DNA of 64,000 bases. Origin: a virus. The notes beneath the pieces were generated by a model, which was not told the DNA's origin, did no database searches, and was given only the letters and a program-made list of their open reading frames with translations. The translations under genes were made by a program, and so were the position numbers. This document shows positions 1 to 8,610 of this stretch, one piece after another; position 1 is the first letter of the stretch; each line of letters opens with the position of its first letter. The stretch covers positions 505-64,504 of IMG/VR virus record IMGVR_UViG_3300026613_000033. One strand, given 5' to 3'.

Positions 1-414
1 CTTTAAACCAACACGCTGCGAAAAACCAGTATCACGGCTAGAGATAATCAAAACATCATCGTGTGATTCAAATTGGATGTATGGGTAGTTTTTTTCAATG
101 ACGTGCTTCACTTCACCATGTGATAGCAATGCTTCACCATACCATAGTGAAGTTATTTTCTCACCATTCAGGTGACGTGCTATTACTTGTTTAGCAGCAA
201 GTAATTCTGGTGATTCAATGATTGAAGTGTAACGATGAATATATGAATCAGGCTCATATCGTTCAGCAAGTTCTTTTTTTGTACCAACAAGTAGAAACTT
301 TTCATCAAGCCATGACTCTTCCGCTTCAAACATGGCCTTTGACTTGTACTCTTTCAATACAACTCTACGGCCATCTGTTTCTTCAACGACAACACCATAA
401 ACTTTCATTTCCAT
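1..414 (-). CDS. Hypothetical protein, truncated at the left window edge (not in the ORF track)
   Basis: Hand translation from ATG at 414 (GAGGAG RBS just upstream) is open to base 1: MEMKVYGVVVEETDGRRVVLKEY...FSQRVGLK (138 codons). Confidence 0.75.
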   Translation of the reverse strand, partial: MEMKVYGVVVEETDGRRVVLKEYKSKAMFEAEESWLDEKFLLVGTKKELAERYEPDSYIHRYTSIIESPELLAAKQVIARHLNGEKITSLWYGEALLSHGEVKHVIEKNYPYIQFESHDDVLIISSRDTGFSQRVGLK

Positions 415-439
415 TCTCCTCAAATTAATCAACATAGTA

Positions 440-468
440 AGTATTACACATTACTTCTAGGTCGTCAA
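440..468 (-). promoter_or_regulatory. Candidate sigma70-type early promoter
   Basis: Minus strand TTGACG-17 nt-AATACT upstream of the 414 start; the -10 matches only 4/6. Confidence 0.4.
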
Positions 469-721
469 GTGTGGTGATGAAAAAACTTGTTTTTTCTTGT
501 GAGCCATTTATGGCGAACCCAATCAATCATTAAAACCAATAGGGGTTCAATAAAATCAATTGAAAATCAAATACAAGTAAGCGGGAGGGTGTGGCTACCG
601 CAATGGCATGGTGAAGAATATGATTGGACTAGATACTTTTATTAGTAGTGGGTTTTTCGAAAAACGTAAACTTTTCGGAATGAATAAATGATGAGTGGTT
701 GATTTTATATGATGAAAGGTG

Positions 722-744
722 AAAAACCCTACATTGAGTAGGGT
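722..744 (-). terminator. Rho-independent terminator
   Basis: Stem ACCCTAC/GTAGGGT with a 5-nt loop, then a U run on the minus strand, just after the stop at 755. Confidence 0.7.
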
Positions 745-754
745 CTTCTTTGTC

Positions 755-1141
755 TTAGTATCCTAGAGCTTCTTCTAGGTGGATTCTTTTTCTTTCAAGG
801 AACTCAAATTGCTGCTTTTCCATGGTTGTCCATGTGAATTCAGGCTTACCTTTCATGATTTGAATTTCCAAATTCGTATTATCCAATTTGGCTTCCAATA
901 CATTCTTGGTTAAGTATTTTATTTCATCGGCTATTTCATCATTGGATTGTTTTACCATAACATCCGTATGAGCTTTCGCCTTCACATGCATATCTTCATC
1001 GGCTTTTTTAGAAGCTGTTGATGTCTCGTATCGTGTTTCCACGGCGATGACACCACCGATAATTGTGCCGATGAAACCAACAATAGCCGCAGCTAATTCA
1101 ATCTTCTTCTTGAGAGATGAATCTTCTTTCTTACCTGCCAT
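755..1141 (-). CDS. Late single-pass membrane protein (holin-like candidate)
   Basis: Likely start MAGKK at 1141 with GAGG RBS; basic N-terminus, one hydrophobic helix (LAAAIVGFIGTIIGGVIAV), soluble C-terminus; own CATAAATA promoter. Confidence 0.6.
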   Translation of the reverse strand: MAGKKEDSSLKKKIELAAAIVGFIGTIIGGVIAVETRYETSTASKKADEDMHVKAKAHTDVMVKQSNDEIADEIKYLTKNVLEAKLDNTNLEIQIMKGKPEFTWTTMEKQQFEFLERKRIHLEEALGY

Positions 1142-1173
1142 TGTATTCAATCCTCAGTTAGGTTTATTTTTGA

Positions 1174-1181
1174 TATTTATG
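1174..1181 (-). promoter_or_regulatory. T4-type late promoter CATAAATA
   Basis: Overlaps the stop of the upstream ORF, about 33 nt before the 1141 start; the motif recurs before many late genes. Confidence 0.65.
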
Positions 1182-1719
1182 GTATGTAGTATTCGATTAA
1201 AATACTACCACCACCAACGGTTGCATCACCCATAGTTAGTGTCGCAAATGTCTGTTGTTCATCAGAAATTGTAATCTTATTAAAGGATGGATTCACATAC
1301 AAATCGTTTGTGTGTAAGTCAACCACTGTTGTATTAAAGATTGCATCAGCAGCCGATGTATTACCTAACGTCAGTGTCGCGGTAGTACCATCAAAGGCAT
1401 TGTCAATATTAACCATGTATTTAGTTATAATTGCACCAATCGGTAATTCGGAACCAACATTGAATGTACCTGCGTCTAATTGTGTGAAATCAACCGTAAA
1501 CGCGCCTTGGTTTCTTAAATCCGAGTATTGTTTAGTTGAAATCCCCATTGGTGTAACTGGGTCTGATTGTAATACCAATTCACTCTTAATCTCGTTAAGG
1601 AAAGTGTAGTAATATAAATTATCATCGGTTATATTCGTGTATGCGAATTTACCGTTACCCACATTGGCTACACTGAATCCACTCGACACTAGCGATGGAA
1701 AAATTGGCATCCAATTCAT
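1177..1719 (-). CDS. C-terminal part of a frame-split fibre/propeller gene (last propeller blade plus shared C-terminal domain X)
   Basis: No RBS before either ATG; begins with a blade-like segment (FSVANVGNGKFAYTNITDDNLYYYTF) continuing the upstream ORF; C-terminus is homologous to the ends of ORFs 21318 and 26211. Confidence 0.7.
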   Translation of the reverse strand: MNWMPIFPSLVSSGFSVANVGNGKFAYTNITDDNLYYYTFLNEIKSELVLQSDPVTPMGISTKQYSDLRNQGAFTVDFTQLDAGTFNVGSELPIGAIITKYMVNIDNAFDGTTATLTLGNTSAADAIFNTTVVDLHTNDLYVNPSFNKITISDEQQTFATLTMGDATVGGGSILIEYYIP

Positions 1720-4090
1720 CTAAATATGACCACTTATTGGTAATGTAATCAAATTCAAATACAAGCACATCATCAAGGTTTGGAACATCATCATTAACTA
1801 ATGCAACTGTATTCTGTCTAATATAAACCAACTCGTAATCACTCGCAGAAGAACCCAACGTTGTTATAGGTAGACTTATCTCACCACGGAACCATGCTTC
1901 ATTAGAACTGGTTTCAAAGTCTAAACGCAGCATTGATAACTGAGCATTAATACGGTCATACATGGCAACATCTTTGCCATTACCCATACCACATAAAGTC
2001 GTGCCATCTGAGGTGAAGTTATCCAAACTCACTGATTGTTCTGTAATGAAGTCAGTGCCGTCGAATGATGTCATAACAACACCATTAGAACCATCAAACA
2101 CATAAGTGAAATTATTATCGCTAATATATGTAATTGATGTGTAATTCAATACACCAATGATGTCAGTGTTACCCACCTGACTAAATGTTGTACCATTCCA
2201 GTTGTAGCATCTCAAATATGTGTTTGTATTCTTAGTGAATAGAACTATTCGATTGTCGGCTATTGATAATTCACACAACATGGCATCTGTTGAATCAGCA
2301 ATAACCAATGGTGTGCCTACGGCGCTCCACGACCCGTTTGTGAATTCATAAGCCGTTAAAGAACCAACATCCCCATCGATATATGCAATTAAATTTTCAC
2401 CAAGACGACAAATTGAAGGTGAAGTCATGCCACCCGCGATTGCGGTGTTGCCAAAGTTCACCATAGGTTGTAATTCTGTCAAAGGGTCACTTTTGTTATC
2501 GCTGATATATTGTACATCTGTGACTTCACTGCGGTTAGGTGCTAACGCATTGCCCGAACTTGTGTAGGATAAACGAGTAATACTATCCGCATCTTGCGAT
2601 ATTCTATCCATATCATTAACATCGGATGATAAGATAATGGTAGACCTGTTGTTAGAGCCAGTCACACTTGAATACATTTCCAACTTTGCTGTGGAATTAG
2701 CCCCATCGTTTACAGATAGATGGTCAACAGCGGTTGTTGAATCGCCAACTAGTGTGTAATTAGTTTTACCCGCTCGACCTTCTGTATTAGATGCACCGAA
2801 TTCCAAAAAATCAACATTAGCTGAATCTGGTGAATTTTCAACATTAGAACCAATACCAGATGTGAATGTAACACGGTCGCCATTTGCATATTGAGTCATG
2901 TCTAATGATACGTTATCGATAATAACTTGTGGACTACCAATGGAAGATTCTTCAACCATTAGTGACTTAACTGAGTTACCACGGTTGGTGAATGAAAAGG
3001 CATACATAACCTTTGGTTCAATCGTAAATCCGCAACCCGCTATAACTGGTATTTCGCCACCGATTTGAATACTACCGTTATCCATTCTTAGAACGTTACA
3101 ATCGATGTCAGCAACAATATCACCGTTTCCATCTTCTGATAAAACAACTGGTACGTTTGGTTCAATGTCGGTACGTGAAGCGGGTTCATCAGAAGCGTTG
3201 AATGTGAATATGGAACCGTCTGTTACATCACCGATTACGGTGGATGCCACCTGACCTAAACCACGGATGATAAACGTTTTATCGGTTCTATCGACTGGGT
3301 ATGAATTCTCATCAACCGCCACTTCATTAACTGTGTATAGTGTGTCTGCACCTTCTGTGAACAATGGGTCTGGTACATTCACATCAATGTCTAAGTAACC
3401 ACTAAAATCACCTTGACCACCCGTGAAGAAACCGAATGTGTTAATACGAACTAGGCTGTTTAATGCGTCAACATCTGTTAATGTGTGTGTTGCAATTGTG
3501 TCGCCATTTTGTCTTAAAATAATATCAGCACCTTTCATACCAATGTAGAAAACGTCTGAAGCAGAATAGGCAGTAGATGGAATAGGTGTACCAGACGTAT
3601 CACCTACAACTAAGTTACCGATACCATTGGCACCACCGTCTGCGAAAGTGGTTTCATTAAATGCTAAAACTACACCATTAGCGGGGTCTGTTGCATCAGC
3701 GGTATTAATATCAACCTGACTATTACCTAATATCAAATACAAATTAAAAACAGGCGAGCCACCAGTTGCTGTTAAATTACTGGGGTCTATCTTGAAATAG
3801 TAACCTGTGTATTCCGAATATGAATGCGAAATAAACGGCTCAACGTATGTGAAATCTTGCGTTGGCGAAGGGTTAGTCGCAAATGACGCAACTTTACCAT
3901 CGGGTGATATTGTTACATCTGCGCTATTTGTTGCTAATTGTGTGGTGTTAATATTAGCAACTGGAATCCATTCTTCGAGTAATTCACCCGATACGATATT
4001 CCATTTAACACCATCATGTTCATACTCTACACCATTCGGTGCAATCCACGGATTTTCTACATTTGGGTCTGGAAATTGTAAACTAGCCAT
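1655..4090 (-). CDS. Tail fibre / receptor-binding protein with lectin-like region and beta-propeller, N-terminal part of the split gene
   Basis: 811 aa; N-terminus MASLQFP...NGVEYEHDGVKW is typical of T4-like fibre modules; five propeller-like blades near the end; ends in atypical EWIQCSQCG overlapping the next ORF by 65 nt. Confidence 0.75.
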   Translation of the reverse strand: MASLQFPDPNVENPWIAPNGVEYEHDGVKWNIVSGELLEEWIPVANINTTQLATNSADVTISPDGKVASFATNPSPTQDFTYVEPFISHSYSEYTGYYFKIDPSNLTATGGSPVFNLYLILGNSQVDINTADATDPANGVVLAFNETTFADGGANGIGNLVVGDTSGTPIPSTAYSASDVFYIGMKGADIILRQNGDTIATHTLTDVDALNSLVRINTFGFFTGGQGDFSGYLDIDVNVPDPLFTEGADTLYTVNEVAVDENSYPVDRTDKTFIIRGLGQVASTVIGDVTDGSIFTFNASDEPASRTDIEPNVPVVLSEDGNGDIVADIDCNVLRMDNGSIQIGGEIPVIAGCGFTIEPKVMYAFSFTNRGNSVKSLMVEESSIGSPQVIIDNVSLDMTQYANGDRVTFTSGIGSNVENSPDSANVDFLEFGASNTEGRAGKTNYTLVGDSTTAVDHLSVNDGANSTAKLEMYSSVTGSNNRSTIILSSDVNDMDRISQDADSITRLSYTSSGNALAPNRSEVTDVQYISDNKSDPLTELQPMVNFGNTAIAGGMTSPSICRLGENLIAYIDGDVGSLTAYEFTNGSWSAVGTPLVIADSTDAMLCELSIADNRIVLFTKNTNTYLRCYNWNGTTFSQVGNTDIIGVLNYTSITYISDNNFTYVFDGSNGVVMTSFDGTDFITEQSVSLDNFTSDGTTLCGMGNGKDVAMYDRINAQLSMLRLDFETSSNEAWFRGEISLPITTLGSSASDYELVYIRQNTVALVNDDVPNLDDVLVFEFDYITNKWSYLDELDANFSIASVEWIQCSQCG

Positions 4091-4122
4091 ATTAAATTAC
4101 CTTTATACTTTTATTCTCGAAA

Positions 4123-4644
4123 TCATAATTTAATTCTAAGTTCACCAGTGACTGTCTTATAGACATCCCCCGTCAATAGGCCACCCGAACCCGCCGCAGC
4201 ATCATCTGCGTAAGTTGGAAGTGAAATGACACGTAGTGTATTAACAACACTTGAGCTTCCGCCACCGCCGCTACCTATGCCTGAAACAGGAACCCAAGTT
4301 GGAACATTGGGTGCCTCACCAACATACCAAAGATATAAAGAACCACCGTCCACATCAGAAGAATTCCACCAAAGTGTACCTTCAGTCGGTGAAGTTGGCG
4401 CAGTATCTGAAACGATAACTTCCGTTCCGCCACCGCCGCCAATAGCAACCCATTCGCTGTCCTTGTAAATGATTACATCATCTTCGGAAAAATCTGTACC
4501 AGATACATTACCGTCGTCGGCGGCTATGTACATTATACCTTCAGTGGTATCTGTAGGGTACAAACCCGTAGATGGCAACCATTCCTTTTTAAGGATTATA
4601 TTGGTTGTGTTATCACCATAAAATATATCTGAAATTCTTGTCAT
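4123..4644 (-). CDS. Short fibre-like virion protein
   Basis: 173 aa; first ~70 aa are homologous to the N-terminus of the 1533-aa ORF (8611..13212); has the fibre motif VSDTAPTSPTEGTLWWNS and Gly linkers. Confidence 0.7.
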   Translation of the reverse strand: MTRISDIFYGDNTTNIILKKEWLPSTGLYPTDTTEGIMYIAADDGNVSGTDFSEDDVIIYKDSEWVAIGGGGGTEVIVSDTAPTSPTEGTLWWNSSDVDGGSLYLWYVGEAPNVPTWVPVSGIGSGGGGSSSVVNTLRVISLPTYADDAAAGSGGLLTGDVYKTVTGELRIKL

Positions 4645-4679
4645 TTTCTCTTACCGAAAGTTATTCCTGTTAATATCCC

Positions 4680-4687
4680 TATTTATT
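4680..4687 (-). promoter_or_regulatory. Late promoter variant AATAAATA
   Basis: Intergenic, about 36 nt before the 4644 start. Confidence 0.5.
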
Positions 4688-4692
4688 GTAAT

Positions 4693-5535
4693 TTATCCAT
4701 CTATTAAACAGATGTCTGAAATTTCGGTTAATACACCCGATGTGTGAAGCTTTTCTCTACTATGGTCGTTTAAGTCAACTTTCCAAATGGCACACTCAGA
4801 ACCATTGAATGCATTCTGACCTTTCATGAAATCAACAAATGATGACTTCTCACGGATATTAGAAGTAGCAACGTATGCATAACCATCGTGGATGACCAAG
4901 CCTCTCACAAAGCCTTTGAAGTGGTTTGAAATCACTTCTTTATTGGTCATATCCAAGTTGAATCTCAATAAAGAACTTGTGCCAGATTCGATGACATATA
5001 CCTTATCTTCATAAACAACTGGCGAATGTGGTAAAAGCACTTCAGCGTAGGTTTCCTCGTCACTGGTGTGCCATAAACGACCATTATTGAAATCATCTTT
5101 CCAAAAGGAATTGTAAGCCATAGCTGTCACGAAATATCCGCCGTCGTGTGGCTCAAAACCATTCAAATGAATGTAATCCATAGGCTCATCGCCATTTAAG
5201 TGAGAAGGCTTGTACACCACGTTACCATCGATGTCTTTAATAGAACTATCGTTGGTGTCGGCGTAATACATGGTTTCATCAACGCATTTCACTTGATGAC
5301 ACTGCATATGATTGAATTTAATGGCGGGTTTAATATCTATTTTATTCTGAGATAAATTAGAAGCCGATAATTCATAAACGTCGCCGTGTGTTATGATGTG
5401 AACGCCACCTTCTCCATTCGGGCATACACCGCCTACGGAAAATGTAAACGGTAAGTTCACCTTACGTGTTTCACCATTTTCTGTATCAGTGATTAGTAAT
5501 TTCAAATCACTTCTACTTACTGATATTATTTTCAT
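4693..5535 (-). CDS. DUF4915 / TIGR03032-like beta-propeller protein
   Basis: Motifs HLNG...YFVTA, LLPHSP..Y...VYVIESG, GFVRGL...YAYVATS..R match the TIGR03032 pattern as I recall it. Confidence 0.7.
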   Translation of the reverse strand: MKIISVSRSDLKLLITDTENGETRKVNLPFTFSVGGVCPNGEGGVHIITHGDVYELSASNLSQNKIDIKPAIKFNHMQCHQVKCVDETMYYADTNDSSIKDIDGNVVYKPSHLNGDEPMDYIHLNGFEPHDGGYFVTAMAYNSFWKDDFNNGRLWHTSDEETYAEVLLPHSPVVYEDKVYVIESGTSSLLRFNLDMTNKEVISNHFKGFVRGLVIHDGYAYVATSNIREKSSFVDFMKGQNAFNGSECAIWKVDLNDHSREKLHTSGVLTEISDICLIDG

Positions 5536-5571
5536 CCCAGAACCCTCTGATTTTTCTTTATCTGTTATTTA

Positions 5572-8500
5572 TTACACTGAACCGCTGTCATTCAATGTCC
5601 AACCGTAGGTTGTAATTGTGTCTCGGTCAGTTTGACGAGCCGAACTATACTGTGAAGGGAAAGTCCATGTCACGGAAGTGTCGGGGTAGTCGTTTATATT
5701 GGCCGCTATTGTCTGCAACCATGTGTCATAATTCGCTGTACTGAAGGCAGTACCTGTTAATATACTTGTCGCCACCTGTACGCCATCTATATCCCAACCA
5801 CTTATATCTTGGTTGAATAGCGGTGATGAATTCAAGAAGCTTTGCATGTTGATATTCGTTGAGTTTGGAATATTCAATGTCACCGTCGAATTGAAAATAT
5901 CACATGACTCTAAAGACCTAGATATAGTCACATTACCAGATGTATTAATGGTCAAGGAAACATTAGAATCCAGAGCGTCACAACCCAAAAACATTGATTG
6001 GCCATTGAATGCTCCACTCGTCTTAGTGATGTTTAAATTTATTGGTTGGTTGAAACTTGTACACCCGCTCAAGAAAGTATTCATAGTAAGAGTAGAACTA
6101 CCACTGTAAAAAGTGATGCCATCTATAGATGAATTCAATGATGTACACCCTTGGAACATACCGACACAGTTTGTTGTATTGGAAATATCCATCGTCATCA
6201 CTTGGTTCAATGAAGTACACCCTTGGAACATATTATTGAGTGTAGGGTTATTTGCGAAATCCCAACCCGATAAGTTGCGGTCAAAGGCGAAACATTCACG
6301 GAACATACTAGTCATTGTGTTCACACGAGAAACAACCCAAGAAGTAATATCACGGTTGAATACATCACAATATGCAAACATATTAGAGAATGAAATGTTA
6401 CCAGTGGTTTTGAACGTCCAGTTGTCAACATTACCATTAAATGATTCACAATTGTTGAACATCGAATTAAATGTTGAAGACGAAGAAACATCCCATGCGT
6501 CTAAATCCTGATTGAATGATGTCGCATTGATGAACGTCGAATCAAACGTTGTTGACGATGATGTATCCCAATTACTCAACGGCTGATTGAATACTGTGTT
6601 GTTTGCAAACATTGCAGAAAATGAAGTACAACCAACCGTCGTCCATGTGTTAATGGATGCATCGTTGAACGCATCGGAGCCAGAAAACATAGAACTTATG
6701 ATACAATTTGTTAAATCCCAGTTGGCAACGCTATTATTGAATACAACTGTATTTGCGAAAAAGTTTCTCATATCAATGCCAGTTGGGAATGAGAAATTGG
6801 CCATGTTTTGATTGAAAGCACTTGCGCTATTAAACATGTAACTAAGTGATGCCGCCGCAGGCCATGACATAGGTATAGGGCTGTCGAAGCTGCCCGTACC
6901 TTGGAACATAGACCTAGCCGAAGTGACATTCGTTGTATCAAAGAAACTTACATCTTGGTTGAATGCACTCGCATCCTCAAACATAGACCAGAAACTAGTC
7001 GCATTCGTCGTCGTCCATCCAGTGAGAGGTTGATTAAACGCAACTGTATCGGCGAACATCTCGCGGAATGTGGTAACTTGCGATACATCCCATGCGGATA
7101 TGTTACGGTTGAAATCTCTTGTGTTTCTAAACATACCCTGCATATCAACGGGCGCACTAGTATTAATCGTCCAATTATCAAGGTTGTTATTGAATGAGTC
7201 AGCATTGTTGAACATATTGTTAAAGTTCACGCCAGATGAAACATCCCACGTACTCAAATCCTGATTGAAGATATTACAGTTTTGGAACATACCAGAAAAA
7301 TCAGTAACACTAGAAACGTCTAAGTTGGCCACGGATGAATCCATCGCATTAGCGTTACTGAACATATTGGTGACAGACTTCAGTGCCGTCGAAGACCATG
7401 TTACAGCTTGGTTGAAGCTATTCGCATTAGAAAACATCGAATCGGCGAATTCCAAAGACGTTGGTGTCCACGCACTCACTGGTTGGTTGAATTGTGAACT
7501 GGTGAACATACCAATCGCTGTCACAAGTGATGACACATCCCATGCCGAAACGTCGCCGTTAAATATAGCACTAGAAAACATTGAATTAGCATTGGTTACG
7601 TTACCGAAACCGAAGTTAGCTAGTGAGCCATTGAATGACTGAGCATTAAAGAACATACTGGATGTTATTTGCGCGTCAGTGGCCACCCAACTGCTTAAAT
7701 CTTGGTCGAAGTCAACCGCACTAGCGAAAGTATTACTGAAATCCAATACGCTACTCACATCCCAATTACTTAATGGTTGATTGAAATTAGAAGCACTATT
7801 AAACGTGTAACTCATGTCAGTGACACTTGATGTATCCCAATGGTTCAACGATTGATTGAAATTTGTCGCCCCACTGAACATATAATATAATGATTCGGCA
7901 GTTGATGTCACAGTAAATATAGGGCTATTGAAACCTGAATTACTTTGGAACATACGTGAAAAATCAACGACGTTGGAAACATCCCAAGCACTCAAGTCTC
8001 GGTTAAATCCATCGGCGTTATTAAACATATTAGACATATCGGTCGCTGAACTTGTATCCCAACCTGATATATCTGGATTAAATGCATTGTTCGCACCACT
8101 GGCGAATGATGAGAAATCAACGACGTTAGAAACATCCCAAGCGGATATATCTAACCCTGTACTTAATGTAGATGACGCGCCTGCAAAACAACCCGCCAAA
8201 CTCGCGTTTTCAGCGAAATTCGGTTGAGTCGTTGATGTTATTGTATGTAAGCTCGATGAACTTTGGAATGTTAGAAGACGTATAGGCTGCGATGAAAACT
8301 GAACAATTTCTGTTAATCTTGTGAAGAATTGAAATCGCATACTAGGGAAAACCCCTTTGATTGTCACAGTATACAAACCACTAGAAGCATATGTGTGGCC
8401 AAATCCACTTGTACCGAAACTAGGTCTTATGTATTCAACATTACCATCACCCCAGTCAACGCTAAAGTCATATTGCTCGCTTGTATCTAGGGGGATGGAT

Positions 8501-8592
8501 AAAAATGAAGTGGTCGCTTGTACATTAAAAATTAAATCGGTATGCACTTCTCTCACATCGAAAGAAGCGCCTGCCGCTACTACTAAACTCAT
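5572..8592 (-). CDS. PARCEL/DUF285 (BspA-like) repeat adhesin with N-terminal PKD-like domain
   Basis: About 30 repeats of ~25 aa, consensus WDVSxVTxMxxMFxxAxxFNQxLS; N-terminal VDWGDG...HTY...G.YTVTI; typical cap FSTANYDTWL...WTLND. Confidence 0.85.
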   Translation of the reverse strand: MSLVVAAGASFDVREVHTDLIFNVQATTSFLSIPLDTSEQYDFSVDWGDGNVEYIRPSFGTSGFGHTYASSGLYTVTIKGVFPSMRFQFFTRLTEIVQFSSQPIRLLTFQSSSSLHTITSTTQPNFAENASLAGCFAGASSTLSTGLDISAWDVSNVVDFSSFASGANNAFNPDISGWDTSSATDMSNMFNNADGFNRDLSAWDVSNVVDFSRMFQSNSGFNSPIFTVTSTAESLYYMFSGATNFNQSLNHWDTSSVTDMSYTFNSASNFNQPLSNWDVSSVLDFSNTFASAVDFDQDLSSWVATDAQITSSMFFNAQSFNGSLANFGFGNVTNANSMFSSAIFNGDVSAWDVSSLVTAIGMFTSSQFNQPVSAWTPTSLEFADSMFSNANSFNQAVTWSSTALKSVTNMFSNANAMDSSVANLDVSSVTDFSGMFQNCNIFNQDLSTWDVSSGVNFNNMFNNADSFNNNLDNWTINTSAPVDMQGMFRNTRDFNRNISAWDVSQVTTFREMFADTVAFNQPLTGWTTTNATSFWSMFEDASAFNQDVSFFDTTNVTSARSMFQGTGSFDSPIPMSWPAAASLSYMFNSASAFNQNMANFSFPTGIDMRNFFANTVVFNNSVANWDLTNCIISSMFSGSDAFNDASINTWTTVGCTSFSAMFANNTVFNQPLSNWDTSSSTTFDSTFINATSFNQDLDAWDVSSSSTFNSMFNNCESFNGNVDNWTFKTTGNISFSNMFAYCDVFNRDITSWVVSRVNTMTSMFRECFAFDRNLSGWDFANNPTLNNMFQGCTSLNQVMTMDISNTTNCVGMFQGCTSLNSSIDGITFYSGSSTLTMNTFLSGCTSFNQPINLNITKTSGAFNGQSMFLGCDALDSNVSLTINTSGNVTISRSLESCDIFNSTVTLNIPNSTNINMQSFLNSSPLFNQDISGWDIDGVQVATSILTGTAFSTANYDTWLQTIAANINDYPDTSVTWTFPSQYSSARQTDRDTITTYGWTLNDSGSV

Positions 8593-8610
8593 AATTAATA
8601 CACCTTATGA

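Noticed and set aside
222-428. 68-aa plus-strand ORF
   Set aside because: It is antisense to a longer minus-strand ORF (1..414) that has a strong RBS.
5572-8300. ACATCCCA-like motif recurring every ~75 nt, superficially CRISPR-like
   Set aside because: It encodes the WDV of PARCEL protein repeats inside one open frame; there are no identical repeats, no leader and no cas genes.
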